A stretch of DNA of 64,000 nucleotides from Mytilus edulis (GCF_963676685.1 NC_092350.1:40486001-40550000), one strand, 5' to 3'. Shown: positions 35,909 to 47,481, counted from the stretch's first letter. Made by a program: numbers and translations. Notes: generated by a model from the letters alone, not told the origin.

Positions 35909-37594
35909 TTAATTTATGATTTCGTATGTACAAACAGTTTGCTTTTCATTTGCAATCAACAGACAATTGCTATTTCGGTCATAATGCATCGCAAATGGAC
36001 TTTCCAATCCATTGTCACTAGACAAAAGTTGTCTGTTTTGTTGTCCATCAGGAGATACCACTACAACTCGATGTAGTGTTGAACACGCAATGTACACGTA
36101 TCCGCTGTTATCTACTGCTATACCATGTGGATTTCTCAATATATTTTTGTCTTTAAATGTCCATATCGCCTTACCGTTCTTGTCACAACAATTCACGGTT
36201 TCAGTTTGTTGGTTTGTATAATAGATTTTATCATCAAACATTTCAATATATGACCATGAAGGTAAATCAGTCGTGATAATATCAGTACTAGCTCCGTTCT
36301 GGGGGTCAACTTTGAATATACCCATGGTAGATGCACAAACGACCAATGAACCATTGTGGTATGTTATTCCATAGCACAGAGCGATTGTTGGTATGAACTT
36401 AATTACGTTCTCTGTATTAATATCTATGATATTTACACCTTTACATGTTTCTGTACTTGACGTTGTAACTACAGTTTTATTATCAATATATGTTACATCT
36501 ACTGGAAAAGCCGACTCAAACGAGCCTGTATTTAGTATTTTCCAATCGGTACTGAATACAACTACATTTCCGCTACTGTAATCTGTTAAAATAATGTTTC
36601 CACTAGGTAGAACAACGATTCCTTTGATATTTAACAGTTTTGTTTTAATGGTTTTCCTTAACCTTAATTTGATTTCAGTGATAGATTTTAGTCTAGATCC
36701 TACCAGTTGAGCTTGCTTGTTTTTGTATGTGACGAGGGGAAGTTGAAATGGCGACTTCTGTGCCTTTATCGACCCAAATGCAGGGACTTCATCGATTATG
36801 TTGTCCATTTTGTTATCAGTTTTGAAAATTAAAGTAATTTCAGTCATGCAATCATCTCCAAAGATCGACTTCAGGTACGACTCGGTAGCAGCTGCTCCTG
36901 CCGAGATATGCCGTAATCCTAGGTACGTTTGAATGTCGGTCGCGTACATTTCAAGATCCTTTATTTGTTGTTCAGCATTTTTGGTGCTATCATTCTTGCT
37001 TTCTAGGATCTGAAGTGTTTGGTTCTTATCATAATTCAGTTTTGCTGTTACCTCAGCAACTTCATTTCTGATCTTCTTTTCCAATGTATCTAAGTGGTCA
37101 TTAATCTTGTTCCTGGTGTCGCTAATCTGGGCAAATATTGTCTCTTCTTGCTGCTTTATACTTCCTAGTTGTTTATTAAGTTCACTCCGCAGAGCTTTTA
37201 TATTACCATTTATATCTTTCAAACTGTGTTGTGTTTCCTGGAAAAGTGACGACTTTTTAACGTTTTCTATAATCTTACTTGTGGGTATTATACCTTTGCA
37301 TCCATCATGGTTCTCAATACATTTAAGACAGAGAAGTTCATCGTGAGCTTGGCAAACCATTTGGTATTGTTCATTGTGTTCCATGCACATATTACTGATT
37401 TGTGAAATAGATGAAGACAGCGCCAAATGGTCCTTAATCGATACAGTCACGTGATGTTTAGACAACTTTGAAAATCCGTGGTAAGTGTTACAATCATCAC
37501 AAAATGCTTGTTCACACTCGGGACACCAGAAAGCGGACGATTTGGTAACATGTCGTTGGTCACAGATATCACAAAGGTTATGGGTAGCTGCCAT
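35909..37594 (-). CDS. TRIM-like protein copy 6 (561 aa), B-box x2, coiled coil, NHL-type propeller
   Basis: Intact ORF with both B-boxes and PHGIAVDNSGYVY; acceptor ttttgtag upstream of the ATG. Confidence 0.93.
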   Translation of the reverse strand: MAATHNLCDICDQRHVTKSSAFWCPECEQAFCDDCNTYHGFSKLSKHHVTVSIKDHLALSSSISQISNMCMEHNEQYQMVCQAHDELLCLKCIENHDGCKGIIPTSKIIENVKKSSLFQETQHSLKDINGNIKALRSELNKQLGSIKQQEETIFAQISDTRNKINDHLDTLEKKIRNEVAEVTAKLNYDKNQTLQILESKNDSTKNAEQQIKDLEMYATDIQTYLGLRHISAGAAATESYLKSIFGDDCMTEITLIFKTDNKMDNIIDEVPAFGSIKAQKSPFQLPLVTYKNKQAQLVGSRLKSITEIKLRLRKTIKTKLLNIKGIVVLPSGNIILTDYSSGNVVVFSTDWKILNTGSFESAFPVDVTYIDNKTVVTTSSTETCKGVNIIDINTENVIKFIPTIALCYGITYHNGSLVVCASTMGIFKVDPQNGASTDIITTDLPSWSYIEMFDDKIYYTNQQTETVNCCDKNGKAIWTFKDKNILRNPHGIAVDNSGYVYIACSTLHRVVVVSPDGQQNRQLLSSDNGLESPFAMHYDRNSNCLLIANEKQTVCTYEIIN

Positions 37595-37670
37595 CTCATT
37601 ATACTACAAAAAATAAGACAGCTTATATGTTTTGCAACATGTGAAAATGATCGTGTTATTACACTAAATA

Positions 37671-38383
37671 CAGGACACTTCATAAACATCTAAATTTTGC
37701 CTGTATTTTTCAACCTATAATGAATAAAGTCCTAAACTATGGGAATATATGTGCATTTAAACATATTTATCATATACACACTGTGTAAATTGTAAATTAA
37801 CATGAAATTGTTGTGCAGTGGCCAAACCGGTTCTTGGGTGGAACACTCAATTTTCAAAAAAATTACTGGAAGCCTGCTAGATGACCTAAATTATTTTAAA
37901 TTAGTATGGACAAATACTGTCACATGTAATGCAGTGCAAGCTAATGTTGATGTTTCAGAAAATGTATTGATTTACGAGTTTCAGTTAATTTTATGTGTCT
38001 AAGTGAACGAATATATAAGGTACAATACAGTACGTATTGGGCAATTATGACATTGAAACATATATATGTGACAAAACAACATTAGCTTGACGTACTGCAT
38101 TACTTGTAACCGTATTCGTTTATACCAATTTTAATCAAATAAAGTCGTGTCGAAGGCATCCCGATTTTTTGAAAAATTTAGCATGTTTAGTGTTCACCTC
38201 AAGAACTGGTTTGGCCACCACATACACATGATACAATTTCAAGTTTATTTACAATTTACTGATACACAGTGCATGCATATATGTTACGTATGTTTAAATG
38301 AACATATGTTCCCATAGTTTAGGACTTTATGTTTTATAGGTTGAAAAATGCAGGCAAAGTTTAGATGTTTATGAAGTGTCCTA
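37671..38383. mobile_element. Fold-back (long imperfect palindrome) MITE in the intron of copy 6
   Basis: caggacacttcataaacatctaaa / tttagatgtttatgaagtgtcct; complementarity continues towards the centre at ~38020; inserted at a TA and absent from paralog introns. Confidence 0.8.
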
Positions 38384-39177
38384 TCATTATTTTGACTTTA
38401 GCGGAACATTGGAAGTCGGAATAAATTAAATATAGGCGAAGTTCGTGATTAGTACTGATGTTATTCAGTCAAAAGTAAACGTTTCCGGTATCTGTACATA
38501 GTCTTAACGAAGCACATCATGTAACCCAACCCATTCAATAGAACGGTAAATACATTTGGCTTGTTTTTTATCAAGCACAGCAGCTAACAAGCGATAGCCT
38601 TTCAAAAAGTGCTATATTCGACTCTTAGCTGATGAAAATGGAAAGAGCTCTCGATCACTTTGTAGATTAATTCATTTACTAGAATAGCCACGTGCATCAA
38701 TAAACAAATTTTACAACACACGTGAGGTCACGCGTTATGAACTTCTAGTATCGTTTAACGTTGTTGTTTACTCCAGAAGGTTCGTCTATTTATACATGTT
38801 ATAGATAAAAGTTAACTCTGTAAAATCTAATTGCTTAAATAGAGAAGACAAATCCGATACTCTACGGGATTGAAGGACATTTACTAGGTTTGGATTGTCC
38901 TAACCAATCAATAAATTTTGATTATTCCCGTCTCGTAATATCTTCAAATCAGGTAGCAAGAAAAATTCACGCCCTAAGTGTTCATCGTTCAATTCTTAAT
39001 TATTAAGAGTCCTAGGAGTCGATAATGACCGTGTGAAATGTATCAAGTCCAAATGCCGAACGGCATGAAGAGAATATGTGAGGAGAGTGGTGAGATTCGT
39101 AATACCGTCTGAAAGCTAGTAATGTTTCAAACTATAATAATTGGTGGAATGTAACAGATAAATAACTGAAAACAAAC

Positions 39178-39300
39178 AATGTTTACCTGTAGTCTGTAAC
39201 AACGCCCAGGTATTCGACCAGGAAGTTTAAGACAGGTAAAGGGTTACATACCGTTGATTAATGTCAAGTATTTAAACGCGGGAGATTTTAAATTTCCTTG
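39178..39300 (-). promoter_or_regulatory. 5' non-coding exon and promoter of copy 6
   Basis: Donor CAG|GTAAAC at 39186; conserved ggtattcgaccaggaagt...gttgattaatgtcaagtatttaaacgcggga. Confidence 0.6.
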
Positions 39301-39660
39301 CACTGATTATGAATTGATTCAGCACTGTTACAGAAAAAAAAACAGAACAAAAAGGCATATTTTGCATACCGATCCTGTTTCCAATGCCCAACGTATTGTG
39401 TTTCCATGTTATATCAGCAATGAATATTTTAAATGTCTTAAACACCAATAATACCTCTATATTTCAAATCACGCATTAATTTTTTTTAATGTTTTATCTG
39501 TATTTTATTTATTACAGAATATTTATCATTTTCTTTTCATAACATTGCAAATAAAATGTATAAATTTATAGTCAATAAAAAGTTGAATAAAATACCGAAA
39601 TCCCATTATATTATACAAATAAATCTAACAAATATGCCAACAAAAAAAAATGTAGAAAGA

Positions 39661-40383
39661 AAAGGATTAGGTCCGGTAAGGGCCGATTTTGGCCTCAAAT
39701 TTCAGGTTCATCTGAAGAAAGATTTTGACCCCTTTTTAAACGTGTCTATTTTATTTGAATCAATTAGTTTATGTGAAAGATTTTAACTGATTTATTCATA
39801 AAAAAACGCACCGATTCAAGCTGAAATATGAAAAATCTACCAAATATGCCGGAAAATGTCACTTTTCAGATGGTTTTTGTCAAAAATCAAAGTGGCCGCA
39901 TCCGTGTTCATCCTCAACCTTTTATATATGTTATGTATTATCATAAAACACAACTTACATTTCAATATTAAGGATGAACACGAATGCGGCCTTTTTCGTT
40001 TTTCACGAAAACCGTCTAAAATGTAACTAAAATGGTAGAATTATGAAGATTTCCGAGTAATTTAGCATGCCTTAATGGTGCTAGTACCCGATATATGTGC
40101 ATTGTATTGTCAAAAACAGCCCATTTTTATGTAGCAGAAGCATTTTACTGTCCAATATATAACTAACAAGAATGTGTCCTCAGTACACGAATGCCCCACT
40201 CGCACTATCCTTTTCCATGTTCAGTGGACCGTGAAATTGGGGTAAAAACTCTAATTTGGCATTAAAATTAGAAAGATCATATCATAGGGAACATGTGTAC
40301 TAAGTTTGAAGTCGATTGGACTTCAACTTCATCAAAAACTACCTTGACCAAAAACTTTTACCTGAAGCGGGACAGACGGACGA

Positions 40384-40417
<34 letters not shown>

Positions 40418-40563
40418 GAACGGACGAACGGACGCACAGAACAGAAACATAATGCCCCTCTACTATCGTAGGTGGGGCATAAAAAGTTTACATTTTTTAA
40501 AACAATTTTGTAAAACTGCTATATTTTGGGGCCAAAAAGGGGTCTTACTGGACCTACTCCTTT
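39661..40563. mobile_element. TIR non-autonomous DNA transposon (superfamily unassigned)
   Basis: Imperfect TIRs aaaggattaggtccggtaag / cttactggacctactccttt. Confidence 0.7.
40165..40485 (+). mobile_element. HINE/DINE-1-like Helentron non-autonomous element
   Basis: Sub-terminal IR atgccccac / gtggggcat, (GGAC/GAAC)n microsatellite, terminal stem-loop; second copy at 49128-49356. Confidence 0.75.
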
Positions 40564-41460
40564 GACAATTATGACGTTATAAAGAAAAAAGTTTATGTTG
40601 TTGATAAAACATAAAGTATGCAGTATTATATTTTTTCGACTAATTTCAAATTGAACTAATATAAAGAAAAGGGTATTACCGTACAAAAAATAGAGACAAC
40701 ACTTGAAAAACCTATTATATCCGAATCGCACAAGAGCCTGGCCCACCTTCAGCAGGAACGTTCACAGTCAAAAGTAAAAACAACTATGGAAGAATGCATT
40801 AATACCAATAAAATCATCATAGAATGTTGTACTAGTAGTGATTATGAATAATTTCTGAAAGCATAGTAATTATGTTACCAGTGATTCTACATAATACCTG
40901 AAAATGTCATGGCTAATACAGAATCCCTAATTATACACATTTACTTTAGCATAAATACCAAGTCCACAGCAAACCGAGACTCATCAAAAGACGCCGACAT
41001 TGAACTTATGTTGTTTCGATATAAGTTGCATCTAAAATTGATGCAAGACGTATAATAAATGTTATATAGTTGTGAATATGTTTATGGTTTCCCAGTTTGT
41101 ACTTGACATATATCATGTACTGTAGTACGCCGCTAGATTAAAACTGACGAGGAAAGGTAACACACGGCCAGCGGCGTACTACAGTACATGATATATAAGG
41201 CATGAAGATGTTATTGTTAAAGATCAGCTAAATTATCTATAGTAAAGGATCCTACAAATTAATGTAATATACAGTCACAGAAAATAATTATATTTATAAG
41301 TACGTCTGAGTCAGTGACAACTCTATAACAGATGTATCCATCGGATCGCCATCAATGATGGTGATACATGGCTGTGTACATAATGTATATACAACTCGTC
41401 TAAACATCAACCCAACAATGTTAGATCTGTAAATTTGCTTTCGCAAATTTTTTGGTTCTT

Positions 41461-41554
41461 CCCTCGCCGGGATTCGAACCCATGATACTGTGATATCGTG
41501 ACACCAAATCGCCTGCACTGCAGCCGTCCTGCTAGACCACACGACCACCTGGGC
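41461..41554 (-). promoter_or_regulatory. tRNA-derived (Leu-like) Pol III internal promoter, unit 1
   Basis: A box TGGTCGTGTGG (41547-41537), B box GGTTCGAATCC (41480-41470). Also intact at 41902-41995; A box deleted in the third unit. Confidence 0.75.
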
Positions 41555-41561
41555 TCTAAAA

Positions 41562-41606
41562 AAAAGAGCTTTCGCTGGCCGTGTGTTACCTTTCCTCGTC
41601 AGTTTT
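41562..41606 (-). ncRNA. Minimal type I hammerhead ribozyme motif
   Basis: AAAA-CUGACGA-G(gaaaggtaacacacggccag)C-GAAA-GC-UC-UUUU. Repeated at 42003-42047 and 42427-42471. Stem II is irregular. Confidence 0.65.
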
Positions 41607-42513
41607 AATCTAGCGGCGTACTACAGTACATGACATATAAGGCATGAAGATGTTATTGTTACAGATCAGCTAAATTATCTATAGTAAAGGATCCTACAAA
41701 TTAATGTAATATACAGTCACAGAAAATAATTATATTTATAAGTACGTCTGAGTCAGTGACAACTCTACAACAGATGTATCCATCTGATCGCCATCAATGA
41801 TGGTGATACATGGCTGTGTACATAATGTATATACAACTCGTCTAAACATCAACCCAACAATGTTAGATCTGTAAATTTGCTTTCGCAAATTTTTGGTTCT
41901 TCCCTCGCCAGGATTCGAACCCATGCTACTGTGATATCGTGACACCAAATCGCCTGCACTGCAGCCGTCCCGCTAGACCACACGACCACCTGGGCTCTCA
42001 AAAAATGAGCTTTCGCTGGCCGTGTGTTACCTTTCCTCGTCAGTTTTAATCTAGCGGCGTACTACAGTACATGATATATAAGGCATGAAGATGTTATTGT
42101 TACAGATCAGCTAAATTATCTATAGTAAAGGATCCTACAAATTAATGTAATATACAGTCACAGAAGATAATTATATTTATAAGTACGTCTGAGTCAGTGA
42201 CAACTCTACAACAGATGTATCCATCGGATCGCCATCAATGATGGCGATACATGGCTGTGTACATAATGTATATACAACTTGTCTAAACATCAACCCAACA
42301 ATGTTAGATCTGTAAATTTGCTTTCGCAAATTTTTGGTTCTTCCCTCGCCGCGATTCGAACCCATGCTACTGTGATATCGTGACACCAAATCACCTGCAC
42401 TGCAGCCCGCCCTGGGCTCTCAAAAAAAAAGAGCTTTCGCTGGCCGTGTGTTACCTTTCCTCGTCAGTTTTAATCTAGCGGCATACTACAGTACATGATC
42501 TATATATATATAT

Positions 42514-43270
42514 AAGTGCCTATAAAAGCTGCCAATACAAGCAGTTCTTTCATCAGCTCCGTTACTAAACAAAAATATACCATCTACTCTAATTCCAACT
42601 GTAAAACGGAGAACTCAATTTCATATTAACATGTGACACTTGTGGCATTCAGTATGTGGGAGAAACAATGGACAAATTTAATATTCGGCTCAATAACCAT
42701 CGTTCATCGTACAAAACCAACAAAAACTGTCCTCTCACAAGACATCTTCGTTCAACGAAACATCCTTTTGATAATGTTACTTTCCAAATTATAGAAGTCA
42801 ACACCGAGTGGGACACCACGGCGAGAAGGAGAAGAGAACTTTAGAACCTGATGGTCTTAACGAAAAAGACGAAAAAAGATACAGGAAAGATAAAGAATAA
42901 TTTTTATCCCGTAATATTGGCCAATGGACGTTGCTAACCCCAACTACCAATTATGTACTTTTAAGGTAGCTAAATCCTAGTGCAACATATACATTGAGCT
43001 GCAAAATTTTCTTATTTTCAAAGCAGCTAAATTCAAGTGCTCATAGACATTGAGCTTCAAAATTTTCTTATTTTAAAGGCAATTAAGTGCAACATAGACG
43101 TTGACCTGCAAAAGTTTCTTATCATCTACATCCGATTTCACCAGGATAGATGCACGCTTGATAAAGCTAGTTGGTCTAGCGAAATATTGCGTTTATTTTC
43201 ATCATTTTGTAAATATTTTAAACATTCTTATATTTACATACTAAATAGTGTGTTAAAATTACATTGTTAG
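42514..43270 (+). mobile_element. 3' fragment of a Penelope-like element (GIY-YIG endonuclease)
   Basis: NCKTENSI/LTCDTCGIQYVGETMDKFNIRLNNHRS...H...FQIIE...RRRRE/LEPDGLNE; frameshifted; bounded by (TA)n. Confidence 0.8.
43154..43192 (+). ncRNA. Variant minimal hammerhead motif of the PLE
   Basis: ACGC-UUGAUAAA-GCUAG-uuggu-CUAGC-GAAA-UAUU-GCGU: stems I and II paired, non-canonical core. Confidence 0.55.
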
Positions 43271-44718
43271 GCAATCTATATATATATATAAACGAGTCTA
43301 AATTGAAAACTACGTTCAAACCTATGATTGCGTTGGATAAAAACCGCAATTTTTTTACGTGTGCATGTAAAAAAAAATTCGGTGTAGAAGGGTCTAAAAA
43401 CAGCACAAACAACATTTTCCAAAAGACCAAAAAAGTGAAAAAGTATATTTAAACAAAACGCATTTGACTAACAGGTCGAACAACTGATGTTCTTAAACCC
43501 TGCTGACTGCCATTGGCGATTGCCAAATAAAAAATATATATATATTGTTATGCATAATGAATTTACACTGGATTTATCTATTTTAGTTCATTAACAAATT
43601 ATAGTGTTAATAAGTATCTGCAAATGAAAAGGATTTTAAAACATCCACAACAATATGAAAAAACATATGTAAAATCTTCTAATAAACAAAACTTAACTCG
43701 ATATAAAAGGAGAAAATACAAAATGACTAGGAAACTATGCAAATGCAAATGTTCTTTTATAATTGAAGGAAGCACATGATTAGTATATTATTAAGATAAA
43801 AAGGTCAAAATATTCAAGCTGGGTTTTTTCACAATTTTTTATTTGGTATAATAAATTGAATCTTTGGGAAGAACTGTTTAGTAGTTTAAGATAAGAAAAA
43901 AAAAAATAAAGGATGCAATTACAATTAATGAGTTATAGATACAGTGTTTGCAGGTTTCTTGTAACGTATGTCAAGTTTGTATTATAAGAGACATGAAGTT
44001 CTTGCAATTGTCGCGCTTGAGTTCAATTATGAATGGTGGATATCTGTTGGTCAGGCCACGAATAATGATCTGTGTCTTACATCGGCGATACCTGTAACTT
44101 GACATTGCACAAGGTCATGTTTTTCGCTGACTGTTTATGTCTTTACACTACATCCATTGGATGCTTGATGTGTACGGATTGATTGTTTAGTCTTAGATGC
44201 ATGATTTTCTTTATTAGTTGTTAGTGGCTTTGAACTAGCTGTCAGATTACTGCGAGTACTCTCAGATCTGTTCCTAGTGTCTTTTTGTTGTCGGGATGTA
44301 CAAGTACCCGGCACGTCCACTTGTATTTTTGTTCATCTGATGAGTTAAACCTTTTTCAACTGATTTTTATAGTTCTTCTTATGTTGTACTGTTATACCAC
44401 TGTCCCAGGTTATATTAGGGGAGGGTTGGGATCCCGCTAACATGTTTAAAACCGCCACATTATTTATGTATGTGCCTGTCCCAAGTCAGGAGCGTGTAAT
44501 TCAGTGCATGGTTGTCGTTTGTTTATGTGTTACTTATTTGTTTTTCGTTCATTTTTTTTATATAAATAAGGCCGTTAGTTTTTGTTTGAATTGTTGGGTT
44601 TCGTTTGTTTGCATGTCGAATATATGCGTTCGATTCATCTTCCTTATCCATTTCAAAAGAACATTGTCAGTTTATAATGTTGTTAAAACAATTGGCGTGT
44701 CTGGTTTGCATTTCATGT

Positions 44719-44780
44719 CAGTGGCGGATCCAGAAATTTTCATAAGTGGGGGCCCACTGACTGACCTAAATCCGCCTCTG
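44719..44780. mobile_element. Tiny TIR element
   Basis: cagtggcggat / atccgcctctg, flanked by catgt on both sides. Confidence 0.55.
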
Positions 44781-45369
44781 CATGTGGTTGATTGCTGGAT
44801 GTTTAATGTTCTGTGGAAAGTATACCACGCTTTTCACGACGATATTAGCGTTTGCAAAAGGTTTGAAAAGTGATTGAGATGACACAAGTTTAGTACTTTT
44901 CATTTATTATATCCACACATTCAGGCTTTATAAATATTGAACGAATAAAGGAGGGCGAGTTTGGATTAATTCTGTCTCCTAGAATAAAGCACCCAACAGG
45001 AAAGTCTCAATGTGGGTTAGGTCAAATTGGTCTGACTTGCTATTAAATTATTTTTGGGAATAAGTTACAGAAATATAAAGGTGCACTTGATCTATCGTAA
45101 AGTTTAGAGTTTTGTGTATTCTTGTTGAAAGTATGAGTGCTACAGCACCAACAAAACTGATAGTTACATAGTTTTTAAAAGGTACATTTTCTAAATAAAA
45201 AAGAAAATAATGAGAAAAAAAGAAACATATACAGCATCAAACAAAAAATCCACGAGAAAAAAAACCAAAATAATTATGTGTATACTAAAATTTGTACGAT
45301 TATACACAAAGAGAAGAAGAACTGCCATGAAAACAAAACAAACCAAAAATAAACCTAATATAAAAAAGA

Positions 45370-45690
45370 AATGACACAGACATTAACAACTATAGTTCGT
45401 CGTACGGCCTTCAACAATGAGTAAAGCCGATACCGCATAGTCAGCTATAAAAGACCCCGATATGACAATGTAAAACAATTCAAACGAGAAAACTAACGGC
45501 CTTATTTATATAAAAAAAATGAAAGAAAAACAAATATGTAACACATAAACAAACGACAACCATTGAATTACAGGCTCCTAACTTGGGACAGGCACATTCA
45601 TAACTAATGTGGCGGGGTTAAACATGTTAGCGGGATCCCAACCCTCCCCTAACCTGGGACCGTGGTATAACAGTTCAACATAAGAAAGAA
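45370..45690 (+). repeat. Interspersed repeat family A
   Basis: cgtacggccttcaacaatgag..ataccgcatagtcagctataaaa..; inverted relative to 44095-44590. Confidence 0.75.
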
Positions 45691-45729
45691 ATAATTACAT
45701 TATTAATAATAGAACATCTTTTTAGTTAA

Positions 45730-46300
45730 AGTCATAAGAAACGAGTGACCGGTGAAAAATAATGTTCTTCAATTCTTAAACCAATGCATACAAACATCAT
45801 AAACTTAGTCTTCTGTGCTCCAATTTATCATTTTTTTCGTGTAAACTTCGTATAATCGTCAATTTTTTTTTCAATCTGTCAGTGTTGTTGTTAAAATATG
45901 GCAGGTAATTAAAGTTCGTGTTCTGAAGCCGAAGTTTAACGATTGTCACCTGTTTGTCAACAATTGACGAAAAATAAACAAAAAAGCATGGAAATTGAGC
46001 ACGTGTTTAACATGTAAATTCAGATAATAGTTTATTTTAAGGACATCCATGCGTATTGTGGTCACCGGATTTTTACGAGATGGGTCACACTGAGGTCACC
46101 TTGCATACGGAAAATATATCGGGGGAATTGCTTGCTGGAAGGAAGCAATTCAAATAAAGTAAACTTCTTCTAAATATGAATAAATTAAAGAATTTTCTTC
46201 AGAAAAAAGTATATGTACATAAGTTTTACAATGAAAACTATCGATTGAGTTATAAAAAACATATGCATTATTTTTTTTTGATTTGAGGTTTCTTATGACT
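45730..46300. mobile_element. TTAA-flanked MITE (Kolobok-like)
   Basis: TTAA|agtcataagaaac ... gtttcttatgact|TTAA. Confidence 0.7.
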
Positions 46301-47481
46301 TTAACTATTTTTTTTTTCAAATATTTATTTCAATGTTTCCCTTTAGTTATCTTATTAAGTTTGTCAGTTTAGCTAGAATATAAATCAGTTTTAAAAATTT
46401 AAAGTCAAGGAGTGATCATTGTGATTTTAGAGTTGTGGCGACGAAGTTACCACGGATCCGAGGATGTTTTTTTATTCAAATTATAAGCTAGAGTCGTTGA
46501 CGCCTAGATTAGTTATTTGCGAAAGACCTTCTTGATCTGATCCTTGTTAAGATTCAAAAAGATTCCTATCCCCTTCCATTCCAAAATTGTATATTTACCC
46601 TTTTTCATATATATTTACTAAAAAATCGAAATGATGTTGTCATGTTTATCAAAATATCTTTTACGATTGCTGTCCTGGGTCTAAATATTTTATATTCTTT
46701 GCCTTAATTTATTGATCAAGTAGATTTTCAACTATTTTGATTAAACCGTAAATTGTATATCATATATTACATATATCAAGTCAATATACTATTTCTACCA
46801 CTCAAAATGGTCTTACAAAATCCAGAATGTATATATATAATTTTTTTTTTTATGTAAAAGACATTTCAAAGGCAAGAAGATAACAACCGATAGTCCAAAA
46901 TTATTGAATAAATGAATGCTCCCTCTTTTCTCGTTACGGCAAGTTACGACACGTTTAAAAGTAAATTTTCGTTCTTTCGTAAGATGTTGAGAAGTAAGTT
47001 TGAATATTTCTACTCAATAAAGTTGACAATGGTATAACTGGAATCGTCGCGTTTGTCATTGATTCTGTTTTAGTTGTTCTTGAAAGATTCATTTTAGAAA
47101 AAAGACCTAAAATTGAAGAATACTTTTATTCTTTACATCAATATTACAAAATATATAAAATGTATGCTCTTTCTGACGAAAATGAAAAAGAAAAGTCTTG
47201 ATATGGTCGTAGTTCATTATGAGTCATATCGGAAAGTGAAGCATGTGCATGCAAAAAAAAAGTTACAGGTAATAATTGTTTTTTAGTTACAATTTATTGG
47301 AGAGTTACACATACAAACTTTTACAATAGTAGAATCAATAACATTAACACATTAAGATAAACGGCTTAAAGAGTCATTCACTTTAAGATGGACTATAATT
47401 TGATCACAAGTTCTTTGTCGGTGTAACACTCGGAAGACACTTGAAATATGACGGAAAGGGATAATCACTATAGAACATTCG

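Larger units (their letters stand above)
41108..42499 (-). mobile_element. Tandem ~441-bp retrozyme-like repeat (3 units plus inverted partial) with hammerhead motif and tRNA-like head
   Basis: Unit starts at 41171, 41613, 42054, 42478; inverted partial copy at 41110-41173; ends in (TA)n. Confidence 0.8.

Noticed and set aside
41461-41554. Functional tRNA gene
   Set aside because: A and B boxes are present, but the acceptor and anticodon stems do not pair cleanly, and it is part of a tandem repeat; treated as tRNA-derived.
41108-42499. CRISPR array, or protein-coding repeats (ORFs 41294, 41736, 42177)
   Set aside because: Whole 441-bp units repeat with no unique spacers and the context is eukaryotic; the short ORFs differ by frameshifts between units.
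44335-44370. Hammerhead in repeat family A (ctgatgagtt..aactgattt)
   Set aside because: CUGAUGA and a short stem are present but the GAAA and cleavage triplet are missing.
44442-44873. 143-aa ORF
   Set aside because: Spans repeat A, unique DNA and a MITE; no domain signal.
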